From the NCBI GenBank assembly GCA_965204535.1, contig OZ241996.1, forward strand, positions 544,001 to 608,000: DNA of 64,000 nucleotides, given 5' to 3'. Position 1 is the stretch's first letter, and every line of letters begins with the position of its first letter. Below the pieces are notes generated by a model. The model did no database searches, was not told where the DNA came from, and saw only the letters and a list, made by a program, of their open reading frames with translations. Below, in pieces: positions 10,362-19,162 of this stretch. The translations under genes were made by a program, and so were the position numbers. This DNA is from a bacterium. GTDB taxonomy: Bacteria; UBA8248.

Positions 10362-12716
10362 ATGAAGATTCGCGCAGAAGCTGTCGAGACGGAGTTGGCG
10401 TTGGCCGAGAGGCCGGATGAGCCATGGCCTCATTCCCCCGGGTTGTCCACAACCGCAGAGGCGTACTGGCGTTCGCTGTACGAGCGCGAGCGTGCGCGCG
10501 CGGAGGCGGCGGAGGCGCGCTGCGAGGAGTTGCGTTGGGCGGAAGTGGATTCCCGCTCCCGTGCGGGCAAGCTGAAGCGGCATCTCGACGCCAGCCGGAA
10601 GAAGCTCGAGGCGGCCGCCGGGGAGGCGAAGGAAGCCCGCCGCGCGGCGAAGGACGCGCTGTCGCTCAAGGCGGAAGTGGCGCGGCTGGAGAAGCTGCTT
10701 GCGGAGGCGGGGGTCGATCCGCGCAAGCGCAGCCCGCTCATGTCGCTGCGCATGGAGGTCGTCCGGCTTCGCAAGGAGCTCTCGGGCGTGCCGTCGCCGG
10801 GGGAGGCGGGGCGGCTGCGCAAGGCCCTGGAGGAGCGCAAGGAGACGATTCATGCCCTGCGCAAGGAGGTCGGCCGGCGGGAGAAGGAAGTTGCCCGGCT
10901 CGAAGATCGTCTGGCCCTGGAGAAGCAGAAGTCGGCGACCGACAAGGAGACCATTCGGAGCCTGGACGAGGAGGCCATCGGGCTCTACAGGAAGTTGAGG
11001 CGATTGCGCGACCAGGCGGAGGTGGTCGAGTCGCTGTCTGCGGAGGTCTACCGTCTTGAAGTCTCCCTGGGGGCCGTAGGCATTGCGACCGAACGGCTGA
11101 AGGCGCGGTTGCTGCGCGCTCTCGAGGCGGCGCGCTCGAAGTCGCCGTCTCGTGCAGATGAGGAACTGCGCAAGGCCCTGGGGAGGTCGCGGCGCCAGAA
11201 GACGGCGCTCAGGTCGCTGTCGAGGGAGAACGGGCGTCTTCGCAGGGCGCTCCGCAAGTCAGAGACCATCCGGGCGCGGCTGGAGGCCGATCTCGCGAAG
11301 CTTCGCGCCACCGGAGCGGTGCTGGCGAGAAGACTGTTCGGGCGCAAGAGCGAACGGCAGGAGAGGCCGCGCTCGGAGCGCAGGCGCGGCCGGCAACCCG
11401 GCGCCGCCGGTCATGGCCGCACCCCGCGGCCCGCGCTCGATGAGAGGACCGAAGTTCGCAACCCGCCGGCCGGTGCGCGCGTCTGCGCCGGTTGCGGGAA
11501 GCCCTACGTGGCCAATGGCGCCGAGGTCTCCTCCATCTTCGAGATCGAAGTCTCGGCCCACAAGCGCGTCATCCGCCGTCCGAGATGGCGCAGGAGATGC
11601 GCGTGCGCGTCGTCTCCGGTGGAAGTGTCGGCGCCCGCCGCGCCGCGCCTGTTCGCGGGCACGCCTTACGGGACGAGCGTGTGGGCGCGCTTCCTGTTCG
11701 AGCGCTACGCCTGCTTCCGCCCGCTGCGCCGGGTCGCCGCGTGGCTCTCCGACCAGGGGCTTCCGGTCTCTGCAGGCACACTGGGCGACAGCACGCACCG
11801 CTTCACGCCGCTCTTCGAGCCGCTGGCTGCGGCGATCCTCGACCGCCAGAACGAAGCGGCGGTGCGTCACGGGGACGAGACGACGTGGCGCGTTCAGTCG
11901 CTTCGCGAACAAGGACGCTCGAGCCGCGCCTGGCTGTGGACCTCGGTCAGCGCAGACTCCGTCTACTTCCACGTCGACCCCTCGCGGAGTGCTGAGGTCG
12001 CGATGAAGCTGTTCGGCGCGGCCGGCTCCCATACGGTCATCGTCTGCGACCGCTACAGCGCCTACAAGAAGCTGGCGCGCATTCCCGGGGGTCTGGTGAC
12101 TCTCGCATGGTGCTGGAGTCACGTCCGGCGCGATTATATCCACTGCGCCGCCGGCGATGAGCGGCTGACGCCGTGGTGCGAGAGATGGATCGAGCGGATT
12201 GCCTTGCTTTACCGCCTGAACGAGGCGCGCCTGGCCAGTTACGACCCGGGCGTCGAACGCCAGGATGCGGCGTTCGACGCGGCGCACGACGAATTGAAGA
12301 AGGCGCTCAAGGACCTGTTCGCGCAGGCCCGACGGGAGATGGCCGCTCTGCCCGCGCAGGCGCGCGAGGGCAAGGCGCTTCGCTCGCTGCTGAACCACCG
12401 CGAGGGGCTGAGCGTCTTCATCGAACGCCCCTCGGTGCCGATGGATAACAACGCCAGCGAACGTGCGCTTCGGGGCCCTGTGATCGGCAGGCGGCTCTCG
12501 TTCGGCTCCGACAGCGAGGCCGGCGCCAGGTTTACGGCGATGATGTACTCGGTCCTCGGAACCCTCGCGTCGAACGGGGTCGACCCGCTCCGCTGGCTGG
12601 AGGCATGGCTCACGGCCTGCGCGGAGAACGGCGGCCGGGCGCCCGGGGACCTCTCCGCGTGGCTGCCCTGGTCGATGAGCACGGAGCGCAGGCGCGCCCT
12701 CACGGCGCCGGGATGA
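10362..12716 (+). CDS. IS66 family transposase (TnpC-like) with long N-terminal coiled coil
   Basis: RRLFGRKSE, zinc finger CAGCG...C-x-C, and catalytic motifs HGDET, VCDRY, CWSHVRR and DNNASER. Confidence 0.93.
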   Translation: MKIRAEAVETELALAERPDEPWPHSPGLSTTAEAYWRSLYERERARAEAAEARCEELRWAEVDSRSRAGKLKRHLDASRKKLEAAAGEAKEARRAAKDALSLKAEVARLEKLLAEAGVDPRKRSPLMSLRMEVVRLRKELSGVPSPGEAGRLRKALEERKETIHALRKEVGRREKEVARLEDRLALEKQKSATDKETIRSLDEEAIGLYRKLRRLRDQAEVVESLSAEVYRLEVSLGAVGIATERLKARLLRALEAARSKSPSRADEELRKALGRSRRQKTALRSLSRENGRLRRALRKSETIRARLEADLAKLRATGAVLARRLFGRKSERQERPRSERRRGRQPGAAGHGRTPRPALDERTEVRNPPAGARVCAGCGKPYVANGAEVSSIFEIEVSAHKRVIRRPRWRRRCACASSPVEVSAPAAPRLFAGTPYGTSVWARFLFERYACFRPLRRVAAWLSDQGLPVSAGTLGDSTHRFTPLFEPLAAAILDRQNEAAVRHGDETTWRVQSLREQGRSSRAWLWTSVSADSVYFHVDPSRSAEVAMKLFGAAGSHTVIVCDRYSAYKKLARIPGGLVTLAWCWSHVRRDYIHCAAGDERLTPWCERWIERIALLYRLNEARLASYDPGVERQDAAFDAAHDELKKALKDLFAQARREMAALPAQAREGKALRSLLNHREGLSVFIERPSVPMDNNASERALRGPVIGRRLSFGSDSEAGARFTAMMYSVLGTLASNGVDPLRWLEAWLTACAENGGRAPGDLSAWLPWSMSTERRRALTAPG

Positions 12717-12720
12717 CGCC

Positions 12721-13593
12721 GTGACCGAGTGCCGCTACCACGGACGCGACTTCACGACGGAAGAGATGGCGCTGCTGCGCGAACTGATCGCAGGTCCACC
12801 TGCGCTCAACCGCCATGCGCTATCGAAGGAGTTCTGCCGCCGAATCGGCTGGTACAAGCCCGACGGCGGACTCAAGGACATGATGGCCCGGGTGACTATG
12901 CTGGCCATGCACAAGGACGGCCTGATCACGCTGCCCCCACCGAAGTGGCGCCAGAACCGGCCCGGGCCGATCGTCTTCGGACCCGACACCGAACCTCCCC
13001 TCATCCCGGCGCCTGAGACCCTCGACGAAGTCCGCCCCCTCGATATGCGCGTCGCCGTGCGCGGAACCCGCGAGGGCAGGCTCTGGAACGAGTTCGTCGC
13101 CCGCTACCACTACCTCGGCTACAAGACCCTCGTCGGCGCGCAGATGCGCTACGCCGTCCACGACCGGGGCGGCAGGCCCCTCGCCATGCTCGGCTTCTCC
13201 ACCGCCGCGTGGAAGCTCGCCCCGCGCGACAGCTTCATCGGCTGGACGCCGCAGCTGCGCGAGAAGAACCTCCCCCTCGTGGTCGACAACCCGAGGTTCC
13301 TCATCCTGCCATGGATCAGGATCCTCAACCTCGGCTCACACCTCCTCGCCATCATCCGCAGGCGCCTGCCCGAGGACTGGACCGAGCGCTATGGCACGAC
13401 ACCCGTCCTCGTCGAGACCTTCGTCGAGACGCCGCGCTACACCGGCGCCGTCTACAGGGCATCGGGGTGGATTCACGTCGGTATGACCCAGGGGCGTGGA
13501 CGCTACGACAGATACACGAAACGAGACCAACCGAAAAAGGACATCTGGCTACGACCGTTGCGCAGAAACTGGAAGCAAGTCCTCAACCGGTAA
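12721..13593 (+). CDS. DUF4338 / Druantia DruA-like protein
   Basis: YHYLGY, GAQMRY, RDSFIGW, NPRFLILPW, NLGSH and ETFVE...YTGAVYRASGW...T-x-GRGR are characteristic of DUF4338. Confidence 0.85.
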   Translation: MTECRYHGRDFTTEEMALLRELIAGPPALNRHALSKEFCRRIGWYKPDGGLKDMMARVTMLAMHKDGLITLPPPKWRQNRPGPIVFGPDTEPPLIPAPETLDEVRPLDMRVAVRGTREGRLWNEFVARYHYLGYKTLVGAQMRYAVHDRGGRPLAMLGFSTAAWKLAPRDSFIGWTPQLREKNLPLVVDNPRFLILPWIRILNLGSHLLAIIRRRLPEDWTERYGTTPVLVETFVETPRYTGAVYRASGWIHVGMTQGRGRYDRYTKRDQPKKDIWLRPLRRNWKQVLNR

Positions 13594-13662
13594 AATCATC
13601 CCCCATTCCGGCCCGAACTACTGCTTCAAGGCACTACCATCACGGCCCGCCCGAACGCTTAC

Positions 13663-14347
13663 GCAGAAGCTGAAGCGGCGCATAGTAAACATCCGATGCG
13701 GATGCGTCCTTTAGCTCTACAATCACCAGGCGGCCTTGCGGATCGACGGCAATCTGATCGATCTCGTTGCTCTTTTTCCTTTGCGGCAACATCGCCCAGT
13801 GGTCTCTACGGGAAGGCAGCTTCCGCTTGGATGCAACGATGGCGCCCAGTTGAACATACGCATCGTCGATCTTCTGGCACTCCATGGCTTTCGCCTTTTC
13901 CGTTTCGGACTCGTAGGCGAGCACAGCATCCCGGTCGAAGGGTACCCAGGGCTCCGTGACACGCGACCAGCGTGCCTGTATGCCGCCCTCACGCGCCGTC
14001 TGCGCTTCGGCTACGGCCACGTTGTCCAGGTAGTTGCTCAGCGTCTCCTCGAAGCCAGGTTCCTGGGTGTTCCATTCCCGGAACAGACCCCCTGCACAGG
14101 GTTGTGTCGTGTACGTACTTTCTGCCGTAAAGTCGGCCATCCCGTTTTTCAGACGTATATCGACAAGCTTTGTAAGGCCACAGTAGACGATTACCTTATC
14201 GTCCAAGCGCAGATGCACATCGAGATGGCAGCGAGCGACCTTCCGCTTCGAGAGTGCAAGCAGTGGCGCGAGAAATCCTCCCGGAGACAGGAGCGCCTGC
14301 ATCTCCGGCGAAGGTGCGCGATCATAGGTGGGTTTTGGCGTCATCAT
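13663..14347 (-). pseudogene. Hypothetical PD-(D/E)xK-like nuclease truncated by the IS66-family element
   Basis: EIDQIAVD...VIVELK motif. The frame runs into the IS right repeat after YYAPLQLL. Confidence 0.65.
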
Positions 14348-14415
14348 GTACCTCCCGGCATTGACAGCGGTGGTGCATCCGAGAGCCTGAGCATTATACT
14401 CTCCGCCTTCGCCGC

Positions 14416-15054
14416 TTAGCGCACCTCTATCATGAGGTATCGGAACTGCTGATTGGCAGCTTCACCGAAGCTGAAATAATCTCTCCAGACACAATCGTAA
14501 GAACCTTTCAGACGTATTGGTTCTTCCCTGCCATTCGTGGTGCCCTTAGCGGCTTTAGGGGACCATGCCATCTCACCCGAAATCTCTCTGCCTTGGTGGA
14601 GACGAAAATCGGCGTCAATCGTCGATCTCGAAGAAAATTTCCAGTAGGACGGATCATTCGTCAGTAAAATCGCATATCCTGTTTTTGCGGGCTGGAAATC
14701 GGCCACTAATCGCTCAAGTCTCTGGATATCATTGAGAAAATCGTATCGGCCTTGATCTGGTGCGCTTTGATCCTTGAGCGCAAAGGCTTCTTTCTTCCAC
14801 TCCTGGGCTAGTTTTTTGCTCCGGTATTTGAGTTCGATTGCGACCCCCACGCCCGGAAGCCAAATGTCCAAATACATCCTTTCATCTTGGAAAGGCTTGT
14901 ACTCCAGGCGAATTTCATCGCTCGGCATTGCCTTGTGAAGCTGCCAGGCAAGAGCATGCTGAAAATCCGCTTCGGAGTGAAAGATCGGACGTTCTTCTTT
15001 CAAGTTCTCCATCAGTCCGGATACATCCAGCGTAATCAATTGAGCCTCCATCAA
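14416..15054 (-). CDS. Hypothetical protein, PD-(D/E)xK restriction-endonuclease-like fold
   Basis: HSEADFQ...LEY...YLDIWL...AIELKY; GC lower than the flanks; start uncertain. Confidence 0.7.
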   Translation of the reverse strand: MMEAQLITLDVSGLMENLKEERPIFHSEADFQHALAWQLHKAMPSDEIRLEYKPFQDERMYLDIWLPGVGVAIELKYRSKKLAQEWKKEAFALKDQSAPDQGRYDFLNDIQRLERLVADFQPAKTGYAILLTNDPSYWKFSSRSTIDADFRLHQGREISGEMAWSPKAAKGTTNGREEPIRLKGSYDCVWRDYFSFGEAANQQFRYLMIEVR

Positions 15055-15160
15055 TTTACACGCCTGCCTGTCACAAGCTATTCCACTCCATCGACCTGGT
15101 CTTGCAGGTTACTATCACAGCATCCGCTATGTATTGTTCGCAAGCCTCCCCCCAGCCTAC

Positions 15161-16330
15161 TCAGAGAATATCCTCCGCGATGCTCTCCGCGACCCGCCCG
15201 GCCGCCTCCTGGGCCGAGTCGCGCGCGAGGTGCGCGTAGCGCGCCGTCGTCTCCATCTTGCTGTGGCCCAGGAGCTTCCCGATCACGGGGAGCGCCTCGC
15301 CGAGCGCAAGCGCCCGCGAGGCCCAGGAGTGGCGCAGGTCATGGATCCGCACGCCTTCGAGACCCGCGCGCTCCCTTATCGTTCGCCAGGCCTCGTCGAC
15401 GTTCCTCAAGGGCGTCCCCGGCTTCCTCCCCGGTATGACCCAGGGGCCGTCGTGGGCGCTCAGGAGACTCGCGAGGAGCTCGACCGCCTGCGGCGGGAGC
15501 GGGACCGCCCGCGCGCCCGTCTTGGAATCGGGCAGCCTGAGTTCGGCCGCTTCGAGCGCCACATCCTCGCGGCGCAGCCCGAGCACCTCGCTCCTGCGGC
15601 ACCCGGTAAGCGCCAGGAGCCGGATGGCGGCCACCGCGGACGCGGACGCGCCGCCCCGGGCCTCCGCCTCCTCGAGCGCCTCTCCCAGGCGGGTGAACTC
15701 CGAATCCGTCAGGAACCGCTCGCGCCTGCGCTCGGGGTATTTGACGAGAGCCTTGCAGGGATTCGGGGTTCCCTCGGGAACCATTCCCCAGCCCGCGGCC
15801 AGGCGGTACATCGAGGAGAGGATGCGGAGCGCCGTGTTCGCCACCGCGGGCGTCTCGTAGAGGCTCTCGTGGAATTCCGCCACCTGCGCGCGAGAGAGCG
15901 CGGCCAGCGGCAGCCTGCCCAGGGCGGGCAGGACGTGGCGGTCGATTACCGATCGGTAGAGCGCGGCGGTGCCCGGCCTGCAGCGCACCGCGACGTATTC
16001 CGTGAGATAGCGCGCGCACACCTCATTCACCGTGGGGCCTCCCGCCGGCTTCATCGGCTCGGGAACCGCCTCCTCGCCCGCCTTGATACGCGCGATGATG
16101 TGGGCGGCGCGTTTTCTCGCCTCGTCGGCGTTGATCACCCCGTGGCGGCCCACGGCCACGCGTTTGGGACCCTCGGGCCCCCGCGCCTGGGCGACGTAGA
16201 CCTTGCTCCCGGTGGGATAGACCCTCACGCCGAAGCCCGTGAGCTCCCGGTCCCAGTACACCGTGTCCTTCTCCACTTTCAATTTTGCGACCGCGCGGTT
16301 CGACAGCGTTTTCATGACGGGCTGTTTCAT
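15161..16330 (-). CDS. Tyrosine recombinase/integrase with N-terminal arm-binding domain (copy 2)
   Basis: WDRELTGFGVRV arm domain; TGCRRSE, HDLRH, LLGH and RYAH catalytic residues. Confidence 0.93.
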   Translation of the reverse strand: MKQPVMKTLSNRAVAKLKVEKDTVYWDRELTGFGVRVYPTGSKVYVAQARGPEGPKRVAVGRHGVINADEARKRAAHIIARIKAGEEAVPEPMKPAGGPTVNEVCARYLTEYVAVRCRPGTAALYRSVIDRHVLPALGRLPLAALSRAQVAEFHESLYETPAVANTALRILSSMYRLAAGWGMVPEGTPNPCKALVKYPERRRERFLTDSEFTRLGEALEEAEARGGASASAVAAIRLLALTGCRRSEVLGLRREDVALEAAELRLPDSKTGARAVPLPPQAVELLASLLSAHDGPWVIPGRKPGTPLRNVDEAWRTIRERAGLEGVRIHDLRHSWASRALALGEALPVIGKLLGHSKMETTARYAHLARDSAQEAAGRVAESIAEDIL

Positions 16331-17511
16331 CCGTGCTCAACCCTCCCGTTGGCGACGTGGGCGCCGATGTTCCCGCCCACCCGCACCGCCGCCTCCCTCT
16401 CGGCCTCGCGCATCAGGTGCGCGTAGCGCGCGCTCGTCGCCACGCTCGTGTGGCCGAGGAGTTTCCCGATCGTGTAGAGGCTCTCGCCCAGCGCCAGCGC
16501 CCTCGACGCGTAGGAATGCCTGAGGTCGTGAAGCCTTACGTCTGCGAGCCCCGCCCGCTCCCTTACGGGCCGCCAGTAGTGGTGCAGGCCCGTGAGGCGT
16601 TTTCCCGGCCTTTGGCCCGCGATCACCCAGGGGTTCTCCCCGGAGCGGGGGATGGCGTCCAGTATCCTGAGTACGGGCCTGGTCAGGGGGACCATCCGGG
16701 GACCCGCCTTGGCGTCCCTGAGTCTCAGGTCCCCAGCCGTGCGGTCCACGTCGTCCCACCCGAGATTCAATATCTCGCCCCTGCGGCACCCGGTAAGTGC
16801 GAGCAGCCGGATGGCCGCGATAGCGGGCGGCCATACCCCGCCCTCCGCCTCGGCTTGCCTGAGCGCACGGCCCAGCCTCCGGTATTCCTCAGGCGTCAGG
16901 AACCGCTCGCGCGCCTGCGTCCTGTAGCGGCGCACGGCGAGGCAGGGGTTCCGCCCGGGCGGGACCAGCTCCCACGCTTCGGCAAGTACGAACATGCGCG
17001 AGAGCAGATGGACCGCCTGGTTCGCCAGGACCGGCGTATCGCGAAGGTCGTGATGGAGCGCCGTGACTTCCGCTCCGCCGATCTCGGTAAGCGCCGTCCC
17101 GCCCATGGCCGGCAGGATGTGTTTGTCGAGCACGGTGCGGTATGCGGCAACGCTGGCGGGCTTCAGGTGTTTCTCCACGTGGGTGCGCATGAAGCGTTCG
17201 GCGAGTCCCGCCACGGTGGTCTCCGCCCCGGGCGCCGCGGCGCTGAAATCCTCGCCGCGCTTGATGCGGTCGATAATGAGGGCGGCCTGTTTCCTGGCCT
17301 CATCGACGGCCAGCTCCCCGTGACGGCCGAGCGTCACGCGCCTGGGACCCCCGGGTCCCCGGGACTGCACCACCCAGGTCTTTCTGCCGGTGGCGTGGAC
17401 GCGCACCCCGAAGCCCGCCAGCTCCCGGTCCCAGAAGACGCCGTCCTTCCCGTCGGCCTCGAGCGCGTCGACGGTGCGCTTGGTGAGTTTCAGATCGCTT
17501 CGCTTCGGCAT
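16327..17511 (-). CDS. Tyrosine recombinase/integrase with N-terminal arm-binding domain (copy 1)
   Basis: GGAGG RBS before ATG 17511 (MPKRSDLKLT); WDRELAGFGVRV, TGCRRGE, HDLRH, LLGH and RYAH. Confidence 0.93.
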   Translation of the reverse strand: MPKRSDLKLTKRTVDALEADGKDGVFWDRELAGFGVRVHATGRKTWVVQSRGPGGPRRVTLGRHGELAVDEARKQAALIIDRIKRGEDFSAAAPGAETTVAGLAERFMRTHVEKHLKPASVAAYRTVLDKHILPAMGGTALTEIGGAEVTALHHDLRDTPVLANQAVHLLSRMFVLAEAWELVPPGRNPCLAVRRYRTQARERFLTPEEYRRLGRALRQAEAEGGVWPPAIAAIRLLALTGCRRGEILNLGWDDVDRTAGDLRLRDAKAGPRMVPLTRPVLRILDAIPRSGENPWVIAGQRPGKRLTGLHHYWRPVRERAGLADVRLHDLRHSYASRALALGESLYTIGKLLGHTSVATSARYAHLMREAEREAAVRVGGNIGAHVANGRVEHG

Positions 17512-17926
17512 GTTCCCTCCTGAATCTGTAATCAAAACGCATACGTACGGCATCAAAGCGGGGGCTATTCGAGCATATATTTGGCGAAAGCGCAAGGGGT
17601 AGCTGGGTACGGAATAACAGAAAAATGGTATTATAAACAATCAGTTATCGTAGACAAGCGGAGCCAATCATACTATCGCGCCGACACCGGGTTCATGACA
17701 ATGATTAATCGAATTTTACGGGAAATAGGATTATTTGCATTTTTATCGTCATTCCCGAATCCATGAGCATGATTTCTCTCCTCAAAACGATTTCCGTCCC
17801 TTCCTGAAGACGGTGCGTGGGCGGCGATTACCTCTTTTCTTCGCCGCGCGCACGATACCGCAGTCCGCCATGTCAGAGAGTACGGCAAATGCGGGGAAAT
17901 GCGGTCTTGTCCGGTTTGATGGAAGT

Positions 17927-18132
17927 TGCAGGGGTGTCGAACTTCCCCGAGGAGGGGAAGTTCGAGAGTGGCCGCCCGCGCCGTTTTCCCGAGGAGGGGA
18001 TGAAGGTGCGGGTTTGCCCGTGGGCGTGAGAAGGTGAAAAGGGGATAATACGATAGGGGGATATGTTGTCCGTCCTTGATTGTGTTGATCCAATGTGGAC
18101 GACCTTTGCAGGGGCGGCTCGCGAGCCGCCCT
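17927..18132. repeat. REP-like palindromes
   Basis: gcaggggtgtcgaacttccccgaggaggggaagttcga, similar to the reverse complement of about 19097-19135; gcaggggcggctcgcgagccgccct at 18108-18132. Confidence 0.65.
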
Positions 18133-18259
18133 CATCGTTTACAAATCGACCCGATACGGAAGCGGTTCTTGCCTGTCAACCAATGGGCAAAAAAGATATG
18201 TATGGGCGGGGCGACTGATGAACAGGTGCGGGCCAAAGCCGCCACGAAAGGGATTTGTA

Positions 18260-18757
18260 ATGTCGATGTCCTTTGGCTCCTGGGTGCGCCTGGTCTGCAC
18301 CGTCTGGATAGGGGTGATGGCCGGGTTCTTCTTCGCTTTCTCGTTCGTGGTCATGCCCGGACTTGGCGCGATGAAGCCGCTTGCCGCCCTGGCCTCCATG
18401 CAGGCTATCAATCTGGCCGTGAGAAACACCGTCTTCGCGCTCGGCTTTTTCGGCGCGTTGGTCCTTTGCATCGCCGCCTCGCTTCATGCGCTCCTGCGCC
18501 GCGACGCACCCGCATGCTGGTTCGCGCTGACCGCCGCCCTCGTTTACCTCTTGGGCGCCTTCGGTGTTACGAGTGTCTTCAACGTGCCCCTGAACGGCGA
18601 AATCGCGCCCCTGGACCCGGCCCGGCCCGAGAACGCCCAGGCGATGGTCTCCTACATCTCGGAATGGACGCTCTGGAACCACGTCCGCACCCTCGCGAGC
18701 CTCGCGGCGTTCGTTCTGCTCCTGTTGAGTCTGCGCTGCGGGCGAGGGGAGGGGTAG
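18260..18757 (+). CDS. DUF1772 / anthrone oxygenase-like membrane protein
   Basis: MAGFFFAFS, MQAIN, FNVPLN and WTLWNHVRT. Confidence 0.88.
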   Translation: MSMSFGSWVRLVCTVWIGVMAGFFFAFSFVVMPGLGAMKPLAALASMQAINLAVRNTVFALGFFGALVLCIAASLHALLRRDAPACWFALTAALVYLLGAFGVTSVFNVPLNGEIAPLDPARPENAQAMVSYISEWTLWNHVRTLASLAAFVLLLLSLRCGRGEG

Positions 18758-18789
18758 CGCTGTCCCTGCGGGGTGAATGGTATTCGAGC

Positions 18790-19140
18790 GTAGGGACAAC
18801 CCCCCGTGGTTGTCCCCTTTCGGAGCGGACACGATTAAAAGACAAGCCAGGACAGGCACAGGGGCCTGTCCCTGCTATCTCTAAGACGTAAATACCCGTC
18901 ATTCCGGCGCATGCCGGAATCCAGAACAGATGAATTTCTCGTCCGTCTAGATTCCGGCATGCGCCGGAATGACGATGCTGTATGGTGATTTCGATTGAAT
19001 CGGGTGGGATTGTCTTTGCAGGGGCGGCTCGCGAGCCGCCCCTACAGTTTCGCTTCTGGGAGTCGAGGGAGAATCGAAATCACCAGGGCAGACACATTCG
19101 AACTTTCCCTCCTCGGGAAAGTCCGACACCCCTACGAAGC
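18790..19140. repeat. Cluster of REP-like palindromes from several families
   Basis: gtagggacaaccccccgtggttgtccc; ggacaggcacaggggcctgtccc; inverted pair gtcattccggcgcatgccggaatccaga / tctagattccggcatgcgccggaatgac; gcaggggcggctcgcgagccgcccctac. Confidence 0.8.
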
Positions 19141-19162
19141 ATTTTCTGCAATCCACCAATCG

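Larger units (their letters stand above)
10250..13662 (+). mobile_element. IS66-family element, 3413 bp: transposase plus DUF4338-like gene
   Basis: Terminal inverted repeats 10250-10275 (ttaagcgttcgggcgggccgtgatgg) and 13637-13662 (reverse complement gtaagcgttcgggcgggccgtgatgg), 25/26 identical, with an IS66-type GTAA terminus. No 8-bp target duplication. Confidence 0.9.

Noticed and set aside
12721-13593. Complete Druantia defence system
   Set aside because: No DruE-like helicase or other dru genes; the gene lies inside an IS.
17700-17782. RBS-led short ORF on the minus strand (MLMDSGMTIK...)
   Set aside because: Only about 21 codons, overlaps a REP fragment, and has no recognisable homology.
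17512-17930. tRNA or tmRNA target next to the integrases
   Set aside because: No cloverleaf, T-loop or CCA end recognised on either strand.
18790-19140. Clustered repeats as a CRISPR array
   Set aside because: The units are heterogeneous palindromes without constant repeat-spacer periodicity, and no cas genes are present.
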